Positions 46,101-61,100 of a stretch of DNA of 64,000 bases are shown here, in pieces. This stretch comes from Auanema rhodensis (Eukaryota > Animalia > Nematoda). Made by a program: the position numbers and the translations under genes. The notes below the pieces were generated by a model. The model had not been told where the DNA came from. It worked only from the letters and a program-made list of their open reading frames with translations, and did not search any database. Position 1 is the stretch's first letter, and the number at the start of each line of letters is the position of its first letter. The stretch spans positions 9,672,001 through 9,736,000 of the forward strand of contig OZ059894.1 of assembly GCA_964057225.1 (NCBI GenBank). The letters run 5' to 3'.

Positions 46101-49100
46101 GGTTGAGCTTCTTCAATCTTTTGTGCAGGAATCTCATCTGGCTTCTCAGCTACCAAAGGTTGAGGTTCCTTTGATGGTTCAGCAGATTGCTTTGGTTGAG
46201 CTTCTTCAATCTTCTGTGCAGGAATCTCCTCTGGCTTTTCAGTTGCCTGAGGTTGAGGTTCCTTTGATGGTTCAGCAGATTGCTTTGGTTGAGCTTCTTC
46301 AATCTTCTGTGCAGGAATCTCCTCTGGCTTTTCAGTTGCCTGAGGTTGAGGTTCCTTTGATGGTTCAGCAGATTCCTTTGGTTGAGCTTCTTCAATCTTC
46401 TGTGCAGGAATTTCCTCTGGCTTCTCAGATACCAGAGGTTGAGGTTCCTTTGATGGTTCAGCAGATTGCTTTGGTTGAGCTTCTTCAATCTTCTGTGCAG
46501 GAATCTCCTCTGGCTTTTCAGTTGCCTGAGGTTGAGGTTCCTTTGATGGTTCAGCAGATTGCTTTGTTCGAGCTTCTTCAATCTTCTGTGCAGGAATCTC
46601 CTCTGGCTTCTCAGCTACCAGAGCTTGAGGTTCCTTTGATTGTTCAGCAGATTCCTTTGGTTGAGCTTCTTCAATCTTCTGTGCAGGAATCTCATCTGGC
46701 TTCTCAGCTACCAAAGGTTGAGGTTCCTTTGATGGTTCAGCAGATTGCTTTGGTTGAGCTTCGTCAATCTTCTGTGCAGGAATCTCCGCTGGCTTTTCAG
46801 CTACCAGAGGTTGAGGTTCCTTTAATGGTTCAGCAGATTCCTTTGGTTGAGCTTCGTCTGTCTTCTGTGCAGGAATCTCCTCTTGCTTCTCAGCTACCAG
46901 AGGTTGAGGTTTCTTTGATGGTTCAGCAGATTCCTTTGGTTGAGCTTCGTCTGTCTTCTGTGCAGGAATCTCCTCTTGCTTCTCAGTTACCTGAGGTTGA
47001 GGTTCCTTTGGTGGTTCAGCAGATTCCTTTGGTTGAGCTTCTTCAATCTTCTGTGCAGGAATCTCCTCTTGCTTCTCAGTTACCTGAGGTTGAGGTTCCT
47101 TTGGTGGTTCAACAGAATCGTTTGGTTGCGCTTCTTCAATCTTCTGTGCAGGAATCTCATCTTGCTTCTCAGCTACCAGAGGTTGAGGTTCCTTTGATGG
47201 TTCAGCAGATTCCTTTGGTTGAGCTTCTTCAGTCTTCTGTGCAGGAATCTCATCTTGCTTCTCAGCTACCAGAGGTTGAGGTTCCTTTGATGGTTCAGCA
47301 GATTCCTTTGGTTGAGCTTCTTCAATCTTCTGTGCAGGAATCTCATCTGGCTTCTCAGCTACCAAAGGTTGAGGTTCCTTTGATGGTTCAGCAGATTGCT
47401 TTGGTTGAGCTTCTTCAATCTTCTGTGCAGGAATCTCCTCTGGCTTTTCAGTTGCCTGAGGTTGAGGTTCCTTTGCTGGTTCAGCAGATTGCTTTGGTTG
47501 AGCTTCGTCAATCTTCTGTGCAGGAATCTCCGCTGGCTTTTCAGCTACCAGCGGTTGAGGTTCCTTTGATGGTTCAGTAGATTCCTTTGGTTGAGCTTCT
47601 TCAATCTTCTGTGCAGGAATCTCCTCTTGCTTCTCAGCTACCAGAGGTTGAGGTTTCTTTGATGGTTCAGCAGATTCCTTTGGTTGAGCTTCGTCTGTCT
47701 TCTGTGCAGGAATCTCCTCTTGCTTCTCAGCTACCAGAGGTTGAGGTTCCTTTGATGGTTCAGCAGATTCCTTTGGTTGAGCTTCTTCAGTCTTCTGTGC
47801 AGGAATCTCATCTTGCTTCTCAGCTACCAGAGGTTGAGGTTCCTTTGATGGTTCAGCAGATTCCTTTGGTTGAGCTTCTTCAGTCTTCTGTGCAGGAATC
47901 TCATCTTGCTTCTCAGCTACCAGAGGTTGAGGTTCCTTTGATGGTTCAGCAGATTCCTTTGGTTGAGCTTCTTCAATCTTCTGTGCAGGAATCTCCTCTT
48001 GCTTCTCAGCTACCAGAGGTTGAGGTTCCTTTGATGGTTCAGCAGATTCCTTTGGTTGAGCTTCGTCTGTCTTCTGTGCAGGAATCTCCTCTTGCTTCTC
48101 AGCTACCAGAGGTTGAGGTTCCTTTGATGGTTCAGCAGATTCCTTTGGTTGAGCTTCTTCAGTCTTCTGTGCAGGAATCTCATCTTGCTTCTCAGCTACC
48201 AGAGGTTGAGGTTCCTTTGATGGTTCAGCAGATTCCTTTGGTTGAGCTTCTTCAATCTTCTGTGCAGGAATCTCATCTTGCTTCTCAGCTACCAGAGGTT
48301 GAGGTTCCTTTGATGGTTCAGCAGATTCCTTTGGTTGAGCTTCTTCAATCTTCTGTGCAGGAATCTCATCTTGCTTCTCAGCTACCAGAGGTTGAGGTTC
48401 CTTTGATGGTTCAGCAGATTCCTTTGGTTGAGCTTCTTCAGTCTTCTGTGCAGGAATCTCATCTTGCTTCTCAGCTACCAGAGGTTGAGGTTCCTTTGAT
48501 GGTTCAGCAGATTCCTTTGGTTGAGCTTCGTCTGTCTTCTGTGCAGGAATCTCCTCTTGCTTCTCAGCTACCAGAGGTTGAGGTTCCTTTGATGGTTCAG
48601 CAGATTCCTTTGGTTGAGCTTCGTCTGTCTTCTGTGCAGGAATCTCCTCTTGCTTCTCAGTTACCTGAGGTTGAGGTTCCTTTGGTGGTTCAGCAGATTC
48701 CTTTGGTTGAGCTTCTTCAATCTTCTGTGCAGGAATCTCTTCTTGCTTCTCAGCTACCAGAGGTTGAGGTTCCTTTGATGGTTCAGCAGATTCCTTTGGT
48801 TGAGCTTCGTCTGTCTTCTGTGCAGGAATCTCCTCTTGCTTCTCAGTTACCTGAGGTTGAGGTTCCTTTGATGGTTCAGCAGATTCCTTTGGTTGAGCTT
48901 CTTCAGTCTTCTGTGCAGGAATCTCATCTTGCTTCTCAGCTACCAGAGGTTGAGGTTCCTTTGATGGTTCAGCAGATTCCTTTGGTTGAGCTTCTTCAAT
49001 CTTCTGTGCAGGAATCTCATCTTGCTTCTCAGCTACCAGAGGTTGAGGTTCCTTTGATGGTTCAGCAGATTCCTTTGGTTGAGCTTCGTCTGTCTTCTGT

Positions 49101-52100
49101 GCAGGAATCTCCTCTTGCTTCTCAGTTACCTGAGGTTGAGGTTCCTTTGGTGGTTCAGCAGATTCCTTTGGTTGAGCTTCTTCAATCTTCTGTGCAGGAA
49201 TATCCTCTGGCTTTTCAGTTGCCTGAGGTTGGGGTTCCTTTGATGGTTCAGCAGATTGCTTTGGTTGAGCTTCTTCAATCTTCTGTGCCGGAGTCTCCGC
49301 TGGCTTCTCAGTTGCCTGAGGTTGAGGTTCCTTTGATGGTTCAGCAGATTCCTGTGGTTGAGCTTCGTCTGTCTTCTGTGCAGGAATCTCCTCTTGCTTC
49401 TCAGTTACCTGAGGTTGAGGTTCCTTTGGTGGTTCAGCAGATTGCTTTGGTTGAGCTTCGTCAATTTTCTGTGCAGGAGTCTCCGCTGGCTTTTCAGTTG
49501 CCTGATGTTGGGGTTCCTTTGATGGTTCAGCAGATTGCTTTGGTTGAGGTTCTTCAATCTTCTGTGCAGGAATATCCTCTGGCTTTTCAGTTGCCTGAGG
49601 TTGGGGTTCCTTTGATGGTTCAGCAGATTCCTTTGGTTGAGCCTCGTCAGTCTTCTGTGCAGGAGTCTCCGCTGGCTTCTCAGCTACCAGAGGTTGTGGT
49701 TCCTTTGATGGTTCAGCAGATTCCTTTGGTTGAGCTTCGTCAGTCTTCTGTGCAGGAATCTCCGCTGGATTTTCAGCTAAAAGAGGTTGAGGTTCCATTG
49801 ATGGTTCAGCAGATTCATTTGGTTGAGCCTCATCAGTCTTCTGTGCAGGAGTCTCCGCTTGCTTTTCAGTTGCCTGAGGTTGAGGTTTCTTTGATGGTTC
49901 AGCAGATTCCTTTGGTTGAGCCTCATCAGTCTTCTGTGCAGGAGTCTCCGCTGGCTTCTCAGCTACCAGAGGTTGAGGTTCCTTTGATGGTTGATGAGAC
50001 TCCGTTGGTTGAGCCTCGTCACTCTTCTGTGCAGGAGTCTCCGTTGGCTTTTCAGTTGCCTGAGGTTGGGGTTCCTTTGATGGTTCAGCAGATTCCTTTG
50101 GTTGAGCCTCGTCACTCTTCTGTGCAGGAGTCTCCGTTGGCTTTTCAGTTGCCTGAGGTTGAGGTTCCTTTGATGGTTCAGCAGATTGCTTTGTTTGAGC
50201 TTCGTCAATCTTCTGTGCAGGAATCTCCTCTGGCTTTTCAGTTGCCTGAGCTTCAGGTTCATTTGATGGTTCATGAGACTCCTTTGGTTGAGCTTCGTCA
50301 GTCTTCTGTGCAGGAGTCTTCGCTGGCTTTTCAGTTGCCTGAAGTTGAGGTTCTTTTGATGGCTCAGCAGATTCCTTTGGTTGAGCCTCGTCAGTCTTCT
50401 GTGCAGAAGTCTCCGCTGGCTTCTCAGCTACGAGAAGTTGAGGTTCGTTTGGTTGAGCTTCTTCAATCTTCTGTGCAGGAATTTCCTCTGGCTTTTCAAT
50501 TGCCTGAGGTTGAGGTTCCTTTGATGGTTCTGCAGAATCCTTTTGTTGAGTTTCGTTCGTCTTCTGTGCAGAAGTCTCCGCTGGCTTCTCAGCTACGAGA
50601 AGTTGAGGTTCGTTTGGTTGAGCTTCTTCAATCTTCTGTGCAGGAATTTCCTCTGGCTTTTCAATTGCCTGAGGTTGAGGTTCCTTTGATGGTTCTGCAG
50701 AATCCTTTTGTTGAGTTTCGTTCGTCTTCTGTGCAGAAGTCTCCGCTGGCTTCTCAGCTACCAGAGGTTGAGGTTCCTTTGATGGTTGATGAGACTCCGT
50801 TGGTTGAGCCTCGTCACTCTTCTGTGCAGGAGTCTCCGTTGGCTTTTCAGTTGCCTGAGGTTGAGGTTCCTTTGATGGTTCAGCAGATTGCTTTGTTTGA
50901 GCTTCGTCAATCTTCTGTGCAGGAATCTCCTCTGGCTTTTCAGTTGCCTGAGCTTCAGGTTCATTTGATGGTTCATGAGACTCCTTTGGTTGAGCTTCGT
51001 CAGTCTTCTGTGCAGGAATTTCCTCTGGCTTTTCAGTTGCCTGAAGTTGAGGTTCTTTTGATGGCTCAGCAGATTCCTTTGGTTGAGCCTCGTCAGTCTT
51101 CTGTGCAGAAGTCTCCGCTGGCTTCTCAGCTACGAGAAGTTGAGGTTCGTTTGGTTGAGCTTCTTCAATCTTCTGTGCAGGAATTTCCTCTGGTTTTTCA
51201 ATTGCCTGAGCTTCAGGTTCTTTTGATGGTTCATGAGACTCCTTTGGTTGAGCTTCTTCAATCTTCTGTGCAGGAATCTCCTTTTGCTTCTCAGTTAGCT
51301 GAGGTTGAGGTTCCTTTGGTGGTTCCGCAGATTCCTTTGGTTGAGCATCGTCAGTCTTCTGTGCAGCAGTCTCCGCTGGCTTTTCAGTTGCCTGAGGTTG
51401 AGGTTCCTTTGATGGTTCAGCAGAATCCTTTGGTTGAGTTTCGTTCGTCTTCTGTGCAGGAGTCTCCGCTGGCTTTTCAGTTGCCTGAAGTTGAGGTTCC
51501 TTTGATGGCTCAGCAGATTCCGTTGGTTGAGCCTCGTCAGTCTTCTGTGCAGGAGTCTCCGCTGGCTTCTCAGTTACCTGAGGTTGAGGTTCCTTTGGTG
51601 GTTCCGCAGATTCCTTTGGTTGAGCTTCTTCAATCTTCTGTGCAGGAATCTCCTCTTGCTTCTCAGTTACCTGAGGTTGAGGTTCCTTTGGTGGTTCCGC
51701 AGATTCCTTTGGTTGAGCTTCTTTAGTCTTCTGTGCAGGAGTCTCCTCTGGCTTTTCAGTTACCTGAGGTTGAGGTTCCTTTGATGGTTCAGCAGATTCC
51801 GTTGGTTGAGCCTCGTCAGTCTTCTGTGCAGGAGTCTCCGCTGGCTTCTCAGCTACCCGAGGTTGAGGTTCCTTTGATGGTTCAGCAGATTCCTTTAGTT
51901 GAGTTTCGTCTGTCTTCTGAACAGGCATCTCAACGGGCTTTTCAGTTGCCTGAGGTTGAGGTTCCTTTGATGGTTCAGCAGATTCCTTTGGTTGAGCTTC
52001 TTTAGTCTTCTGTGCAGGAGTCTCCTCTGGCTTTTCAGCTACCAGAGGATGAGGTTCCTTTGATTGTTCAGCAGAATCCTTTGGTTGAGCTTCTTCAATC

Positions 52101-55100
52101 TTCTGCGCAGGAATCTCCTCTTGCTTCTCAGTTACCTGAGGTTGAGGTTCCTTTGATGGTTCAGCAGAATCCTTTGGTTGAGCTTCTTCAATCTTCTGCG
52201 CAGGAATCTCCTCTTGCTTCTCAGTTACCTGAGGTTGAGGTTCCTTTGGTGGTTCCGCAGACTCCTTTGGTTGAGCCTCGTCAGTCTTCTGCGCAGGAAT
52301 CTCCTCTTGCTTCTCAGTTACCTGAGGTTGAGGTTCCTTTGGTGGTTCCGCAGAATCCTTTGGTTGAGCTTCGTCAGTCTTCTGTGCAGGAATCTCCTCT
52401 TGCTTCTCAGTTACCTGAGGTTGAGGTTCCTTTGATGGTTCAGCAGATTCCTTTGGTTGAGCTTCTTCAATCTTCTGCGCAGGAATCTCCTCTTGCTTCT
52501 CAGTTACCTGAGGTTGAGGTTCCTTTGGTGGTTCCGCAGATTCCTTTGGTTGAGCTTCTTCAATCTTCTGTGCAGGAATCTCCTCTTGCTTCTCAGTTAC
52601 CTGAGGTTGAGGTTCCTTTGGTGGTTCCGCAAATTCCTTTGGTTGAGCTTCCTCAATCTTCTGTGCAGGAATCTCCTCTTGCTTCTCAGTTACCTGAGGT
52701 TGAGGTTCCTTTGATGGTTCAGCAGATTCCGTTGGTTGAGCCTCGTCAGTCTTCTGTGCAGGAGTCTCCGCTGGCTTCTCAGCTACCCGAGGTTGAGGTT
52801 CCTTTGATGGTTCAGCAGATTCCTTTAGTTGAGTTTCGTCTGTCTTCTGAACAGGCATCTCAACGGGCTTTTCAGTTGCCTGAGGTTGAGGTTCCTTTGG
52901 TGGTTCCGCAAATTCCTTTGGTTGAGCTTCCTCAATCTTCTGTGCAGGAATCTCCTCTTGCTTCTCAGTTACCTGAGGTTGAGGTTCCTTTGATGGTTCA
53001 GCAGATTCCGTTGGTTGAGCCTCGTCAGTCTTCTGTGCAGGAGTCTCCGCTGGCTTCTCAGCTACCCGAGGTTGAGGTTCCTTTGATGGTTCAGCAGATT
53101 CCTTTAGTTGAGTTTCGTCTGTCTTCTGAACAGGCATCTCAACGGGCTTTTCAGTTACCAGAAGTTCAGGTTTCTCTGATGGTTCAGTAGATTTCTGTTG
53201 ATCTGTTCGATATTCAACTCTACTTTGACTCTTCAACCCAAGCTGTTCGAAAACATCAAGAACAAGATCAATTTCCAAACCACAACACTCGTCTTCTTTG
53301 AAAAATTCCAGACTCAGCTGAGCTTCAGGTTCATTTGATGGTTCATGAGACTCCTTTGGTTGAGCCTCGTCAGTCTTCTGCGCAGGAATCTCCTCTTGCT
53401 TCTCAGTTACCCGAGGTTGAGGTTCCTTTGGTGGTTCCGCAGAATCCTTTGGTTGAGCTTCGTCAGTCTTCTGTGCAGGAATCTCCTCTTGCTTCTCAGT
53501 TACCTGAGGTTGAGGTTCCTTTGATGGTTCAGCAGATTCCTTTGGTTGAGCTTCTTCAATCTTCAGCGCAGGAATCTCCTCTTGCTTCTCAGTTACCTGA
53601 GGTTGAGGTTCCTTTGGTGGTTCCGCAGATTCCATTGGTTGAGCTTCCTCAATCTTCTGTGCAGGAATCTCCTCTTGCTTCTCAGTTACCTGAGGTTGAG
53701 GTTCCTTTGATGGTTCAGCAGATTCCGTTGGTTGACCCTCGTCAGTCTTCTGTGCAGGAGTCTCCGCTGGCTTCTCAGCTACCAGAGGTTGAGGTTCCTT
53801 TGATGGTTCAGCAGATTCCTTTAGTTGAGTTTCGTCTGTCTTCTGAACAGGCATCTCAACGGGCTTTTCAGTTGCCTGAGGTTGAGGTTCCTTTGATGGT
53901 TCAGCAGATTCCTTTGGTTGAGCTTCTTCAGTCTTCTGTGCAGGAGTCTCCTCTGGCTTTTCAGTTACCAGAAGTTCAGGTTTCTCCGATGGTTCAGCAG
54001 ATTCCTTTAGTTGAGTTTCGTCTGTCTTCTGAACAGGCATCTCAACGGGCTTTTCAGTTGCCTGAGGTTGAGGTTCCTTTGATGGTTCAGCAGATTCCTT
54101 TGGTTGAGCTTCCTCAATCTTCTGTGCAGGAATCTCCTCTTGCTTCTCAGTTACCTGAGGTTGAGGTTCCTTTGATGGTTCAGCAGATTCCGTTGGTTGA
54201 CCCTCGTCAGTCTTCTGTGCAGGAGTCTCCTCTGGCTTTTCAGTTACCAGAAGTTCAGGTTTCTCCGATGGTTCAGCAGATTCCTTTAGTTGAGTTTCGT
54301 CTGTCTTCTGTGCAGGAATCTCCTCTTGCTTCTCAGTTACCTGAGGTTGAGGTTCCTTTGATGGTTCAGCAGATTCCGTTGGTTGACCCTCGTCAGTCTT
54401 CTGTGCAGGAGTCTCCGCTGGCTTCTCAGCTACCAGAGGTTGAGGTTCCTTTGATGGTTCAGCAGATTCCTTTAGTTGAGTTTCGTCTGTCTTCTGAACA
54501 GGCATCTCAACGGGCTTTTCAGTTGCCTGAGGTTGAGGTTCCTTTGATGGTTCAGCAGATTCCTTTGGTTGAGCTTCTTCAGTCTTCTGTGCAGGAGTCT
54601 CCTCTGGCTTTTCAGTTACCAGAAGTTCAGGTTTCTCCGATGGTTCAGCAGATTCCTTTAGTTGAGTTTCGTCTGTCTTCTGAACAGGCATCTCAACGGG
54701 CTTCTCAGTTACCAGAAGTTCAGGTTTCTCCGATGGTTCAGCAGATTCCTTTAGTTGAGTTTCGTCTGTCTTCTGTGCAGGAATCTCCTCTTGCTTCTCA
54801 GTTACCTGAGGTTGAGGTTCCTTTGATGGTTCAGCAGATTCCGTTGTTTGACCCTCGTCAGTCTTCTGTGCAGGAGTCTCCGCTGGCTTCTCAGCTACCA
54901 GAGGTTGAGGTTCCTTTGATGGTTCAGCAGATTCCTTTAGTTGAGTTTCGTCTGTCTTCTGAACAGGCATCTCAACAGTAGATTTCTGTTGATGTGTTCG
55001 ATCTTCAACTCTACTTTGACTCTTCAACCCAAGCTGTTCGAAAACATCAAGAACAAGATCAATTTCCAAACCACAACACTCGTCTTCTTTGAAAAATTCC

Positions 55101-58100
55101 AGACTCAGCTGAGCTTCAGGTTCATTTGATGGTTCATGAGACTCCTTTGGTTGAGCCTCGTCAGTCTTCTGCGCAGGAATCTCCTCTTGCTTCTCAGTTA
55201 CCTGAGGTTGAGGTTCCTTTGGTGGTTCCGCAGATTCCTTTGGTTGAGCTTCTTCAATCTTCTGTGCAGGAATCTCCTCTTGCTTCTCAGTTACCTGAGG
55301 TTGAGGTTCCTTTGGTGGTTCCGCAGAATCCTTTGGTTGAGCTTCGTCAGTCTTCTGTGCAGGAATCTCTTCTTGCTTCTCAGTTACCTGAGGTTCAGGT
55401 TCCTTTGATGGTTCAGCAGATTCCTTTGGTTGAGCTTCTTCAATCTTCTGCGCAGGAATCTCCTCTTGCTTCTCAGTTACTTGAGGTTGAGGTTCCTTTG
55501 GTGGTTCCGCAGATTCCTTTGGTTGAGCTTTGGCAGTCTTCTGTGCAGGAATCTCTTCTTGCTTCTCAGCTACCAGAGGTTGAGGTTCCTTTGGTTGAGC
55601 TTCTTCAATCTTCTGCGCAGGAATCTCCTCTTGCTTCTCAGTTACCTGAGGTTGAGGTTCCTTTGATGGTTCAGCAGATTCCTTTGGTTGAGCTTTGGCA
55701 GTCTTCTGTGCAGGAATCTCTTCTTGCTTCTCAGCTACCAGAGGTTGAGGTTCCTTTGGTTGAGCTTCTTCAATCTTGTGTGCAGGAGTCTCCGCTGGCT
55801 TTTCAGTTGCCTGAGATTGAGGTTCGTTTGATGGTTCAGCAGATTCCTTTGGTTGAGCTTTGTCAGTCTTCTGAACAGGCATCTCAGCGGGCTTCTCAGC
55901 TACCAGAGGTTGAGGTTCCTTTGGTTGAGCTTCTTTAGTCTTCTGTGCAGGAGTCTCCTCTGGCTTTTCAGCTACCAGAGAATGAGGTTCCTTTGATTGT
56001 TCAGCAGATTTCTGTTGATCTGTTCGATCTTCAGCTCTACTTTGACTCTTCAACCCAAGCTGTTCGAAAACATCAAGAACAAGATCAATTTCCAAACCAC
56101 AACACTCGTCTTCTTTGAAAAATTCCAGACTCAGCTGAGCTTCAGGTTCATTTGATGGTTCATGAGACTCCTTTGGTTGAGCTTCGTCAGTCTTCTGTGC
56201 AGGAGTCTCCTCTGCCTTTTCAGTTGACTGTGGTTGAGGTTCCTTTGATGGTTCAGCAGAATCCTTTGGTTGAGCTTCGTCAGTCTTCTGTGCAGGAATC
56301 TCCGCTGGCTTCTCAGTTACCTGAGGTTGAAGTTCCTTCGATGGTTCAACAGAATCCTTTGGTTGAGCTTTGTCAGTCTTCTGTGCAGGAGTCTCCTCTG
56401 CCTTTTCAGTTGACTGTGGTTGAGGTTCCTTTGATGGTTCAGCAGAATCCTTTGGTTGAGCTTCGTCAGTCTTCTGTGCAGGAGTCTCCTCTGGCTTTTC
56501 AGTTGCCTGTGGTTGAGGTTCCTTTGATGGTTCAGCAGAATCCTTTGGTTGAGCTTCTTCAGTCTTCTGTGCAGGAGTCTCCTCTGGTTTTTCAGTTGCC
56601 TGTGGTTGAGGTTCCTTTGATGGTTCAGCAGAATCCTTTGGTTGAGCTTCGTCAGTCTTCTGTGCAGGAGTCTCCTCTGCCTTCTCAGTTACCTGAGGTT
56701 GAGGTTCCTTTGATGGTTCAGCAGATTCCTTTGGTTGAGTTTTGTCAGTCTTCTGAACAGGCATTTCAGCGGGCTTCTCAGTTGCCTGAGGTTGAGGTTC
56801 CTTTGATGGTTCAGCAGATTCCTTTGGTTGAGTTTTGTCAGTCTTCTGTGCAGGAGTCTCCTCTGCCTTTTCAGTTGACTGTGGTTGAGGTTCCTTTGAT
56901 GGTTCAGCAGAATCCTTTGGTTGAGCTTCGTCAGTCTTCTGTGCAGGAGTCTCCTCTGCCTTTTCAGTTGACTGTGGTTGAGGTTCCTTTGATGGTTCAG
57001 CAGATTCCTTTGGTTGAGGTTCTTCGGTCTTCTGTACAAGAATCTCCGCTCGCTTCTCAGTTACCTGAGGTTGAGGTTCCTTTGATGGTTCAGCCGATTC
57101 ATTTGGTTGAGCTTCGTCAGTCTTCTGTGCAGGAGTCTCCGCTGGCTTTTCAGCTAAAAGAGGTTGAGGTTCCTTTGATGGTTCCGCAGATTTCTGTTCA
57201 TCTGTTCGATCTTCAGGTCTACTTTGACTCTTCAACCCAAGCTGTTCGAAAACATCAAGAACAAGATCAATTTCCAAACCACAACACTCCTCTTCTTTGA
57301 AAAATTCCAGACTCAGCTGAGCTTCAGGTTCATTTGATTGTTCAGCAGATTCCTTTGGTTGAGCTTCGTCAGTCTTCTGTGCAGGAGTCTCAACTAGCTC
57401 TTTAGTTGCCTGAGGTTGAGGTTCCTTCGATGGCTCAGCAGATTCCTTTGGTTGATCTTCGTCAGTCTTCTGTGCAGGAGTCTCCACTGGCTTTTCAGTT
57501 GCCTGAGGTTGAGGTTCCTTTGATGGTTCCGCAGATTTCTGTTCATCTGTTCGATCTTCAGCTCTACTTTGACTCTTCAACCCAAGCTGTTCGAAAACAT
57601 CAAGAACAAGATCAATTTCCAAACCACAACACTCCTCTTCTTTGAACAATTCAAGATTAAGCTGAGTTTCCTGTTCCTTTGATGGTTCAGCAGAATCGTT
57701 TGGTTGAGCTTCGGCAGTCTTCTGTGCAAGAGCCTCCGCTGGCTTCTCAGTTGACTGTGGTTGAGGTTCCTTTGATGGCTCAGCAGATTCCTTTGGTTGA
57801 GCTTCTTCAATTTTCTGTGCAGGAATCTCTTCTGGCTTTTCAGCTACCAGAGGTTGAAGTTCCTTTGAAGGTTCAGCAGAATCTTTTGGTTGAGGTTCTT
57901 CGGTCTTCTGTACAAGAATCTCCGCTGGCTTCTCAGTTACCTGAGTTTCCTGTTCCTTTGATGGCTCAGCAGATTCCTTTGGTTGAGCTTCGTCAGTCTT
58001 CTGTGCAGGAGTCTCCTCTGGCTTTTCAGTTGACTGTGGTTGAGGTTCCTTTGATGGTTCAGCAGAATCCTTTGGTTGAGCTTCTTCAGTCTTCTGTGCA

Positions 58101-61100
58101 GGAGTCTCCTCTGGCTTTTCAGTTGCCTGAGGTTGAGGTTCCTTTGAAGGTTCAGCAGAATCTTTTGGTTGAGGTTCTTCGGTCTTCTGTACAAGAATCT
58201 CCGCTGGCTTCTCAGTTACCTGAGTTTCCTGTTCCTTTGATGGCTCAGCAGATTCCTTTGGTTGAGCTTCGTCAGTCTTCTGTGCAGGAGTCTCCACTGG
58301 CGTTTCAGTTGCCTGAGGTTGAGGTTCCTTTGATGGTTCAGCAGTTTCCTTTGGTTGAGCTTCGTCAGTCTTCTGTGCAGGAGTCTCAACTAGCTCTTTA
58401 GTTGCCTGAGGTTGAGGTTCCTTCGATGGCTCAGCAGATTCCTTTGGTTGATCTTCGTCAGTCTTCTGTGCAGGAGTCTCCACTGGCTTTTCAGTTGCCT
58501 GAGGTTGAGGTTCCTTTGATGGTTCAGCAGATTCCTTTGGTTGATCTTCGTCAGTCTTTTGTGCAGGAGTCTCCTCTGGCTTTTCAGTTGACTGTGGTTG
58601 AGGTTCCTTTGATGGTTCAGCAGAATCCTTTGGTTGAGCTTCTTCAGTCTTCAGTGCAAGAGTCACCTGTGGCTTTTCAGTTGCCTGAGGTTGAAGTTCC
58701 TTTGATGGTTCAGCAGATTCCTTTGGTTGAGCTTCGTCAGTCTTCTGTGCAGGAGTCTCCTCTGGCTTTTCAGTTGCCTGAGGTTGAAGTTCTTTTGCTG
58801 GTTCAGCAGAATCCTTTGGTTGAGCTTCGTCAGTCTTCTGTGCAGGAGTCTCCTCTGGCTTTTCAGTTACCTGAGGTTGAAGTTCCTTTGCTGGTTCAGC
58901 AGAATCCTTCGGTTGAGCTTCGTCAGTCTTCTGTGCAGGAGTTTCCTCTGGCTTTTCAGTTGCTCGAGGTTGAGGTTCCTTTGATGGTTCAGCAGATTCC
59001 TTTGGTTGAGCTTCGTCAGTCTTCTGTGCAGGAATCTCTTCTGGCTTTTCAGCTACCAGAGGTTGAAGTTCCTTTGAAGGTTCAGCAGAATCTTTTGGTT
59101 GAGGTTCTTCGGTCTTCTTTACAAGAATCTCCGCTGGCTTCTCATTTGCCTCAGGTTGAGGTTCCTTTGATGGTTCCGCAGATTTCTGTTCATCTGTTCG
59201 ATCTTCAGCTCTACTTTGACTCTTCAACCCAAGCTGTTCGAAAACATCAAGAACAAGATCAATTTCCAAACCACAACACTCCTCTTCTTTGAACAATTCA
59301 AGATTAAGCTGAGTTTCCTGTTCCTTTGATGGCTCAGCAGATTCCTTTGGTTGAGCTTCGTCAGTCTTCTGTGCAGGAGTCTCCTCTGGCTTTTCAGTTA
59401 CCTGAGTTTCCTGTTCCTTTGATGGCTCAGCAGATTCCTTTGGTTGAGCTTCGTCAGTCTTCTGTGCAGGAGTCTCCACTGGCGTTTCAGTTGCCTGAGG
59501 TTGAGGTTCCTTTGATGGTTCAGCAGTTTCCTTTGGTTGAGCTTCGTCAGTATTCTGTACAAGAGTCACCTGTGGCTTTTCAGTTGCCTGAGGTTGAAGT
59601 TCCTTTGCTGGTTCAGCAGAATCCTTCGGTTGAGCTTCGTCAGTCTTCTGTGCAGGAGTCTCCTCTGGCTTTTCAGTTGCCTGAGGTTGAGGTTCCTTTG
59701 ATGGTTCAGCAGATTCCTTTGGTTGATCTTCGTCAGTCTTTTGTGCAGGAGTCTCCTCTGGCTTTTCAGTTGACTGTGGTTGAGGTTCCTTTGATGGTTC
59801 AGCAGAATCCTTTGGTTGAGCTTCTTCAGTCTTCAGTGCAAGAGTCACCTGTGGCTTTTCAGTTGCCTGAGGTTGAAGTTCCTTTGATGGTTCAGCAGAT
59901 TCCTTTGGTTGAGCTTCGTCAGTCTTCTGTGCAGGAGTCTCCTCTGGCTTTTCAGTTGCCTGAGGTTGAGGTTCCTTTGATGGTTCAGCAGATTCCTTTG
60001 GTTGAGCTTCGTCAGTCTTCTGTGCAGAAATCTCCTCTGGCTTTTCAGTTACCTGAGGTTGAAGTTCCTTTGCTGGTTCAGCAGAATCCTTCGGTTGAGC
60101 TTCGTCAGTCTTCTGTGCAGGAGTTTCCTCTGGCTTTTCAGTTGCTCGAGGTTGAGGTTCCTTTGATGGTTCAGCAGATTCCTTTGGTTGAGCTTCGTCA
60201 GTCTTCTGTGCAGGAATCTCTTCTGGCTTTTCAGCTACCAGAGGTTGAAGTTCCTTTGAAGGTTCAGCAGAATCTTTTGGTTGAGGTTCTTCGGTCTTCT
60301 GTACAAGAATCTCCGCTGGCTTCTCATTTGCCTCAGGTTGAGGTTCCTTTGATGGTTCCGCAGATTTCTGTTCATCTGTTCGATCTTCAGCTCTACTTTG
60401 ACTCTTCAACCCAAGCTGTTCGAAAACATCAAGAACAAGATCAATTTCCAAACCACAACACTCCTCTTCTTTGAACAATTCAAGATTAAGCTGAGTTTCC
60501 TGTTCCTTTGATGGCTCAGCAGATTCCTTTGGTTGAGCTTCGTCAGTCTTCTGTGCAGGAGTCTCCTCTGGCTTTTCAGTTGACTGTGGTTGAGGTTCCT
60601 TTGATGGTTCAGCAGAATCCTTTGGTTGAGCTTCGTCAGTCTTCTGTGCAGGAGTCTCCACTGGCTTTTCAGTTGCCTGAGGTTGAGGTTCCTTTGATGG
60701 TTCAGCAGATTCCTTTGGTTGAGCTTCGTCAGTATTCTGTACAAGAGTCACCTGTGGCTTTTCAGTTGCCTGAGGTTGAAGTTCCTTTGCTGGTTCAGCA
60801 GAATCCTTCGGTTGAGCTTCGTCAGTCTTCTGTGCAGGAGTCTCCTCTGGCTTTTCAGTTGCCTGAGGTTGAGGTTCCTTTGATGGTTCAGCAGATTCCT
60901 TTGGTTGATCTTCGTCAGTCTTTTGTGCAGGAGTCTCCTCTGGCTTTTCAGTTGACTGTGGTTGAGGTTCCTTTGATGGTTCAGCAGAATCCTTTGGTTG
61001 AGCTTCTTCAGTCTTCAGTGCAAGAGTCACCTGTGGCTTTTCAGTTGCCTGAGGTTGAAGTTCCTTTGATTGTTCTGCAGAATCCTTTGGTTGAGCTTCG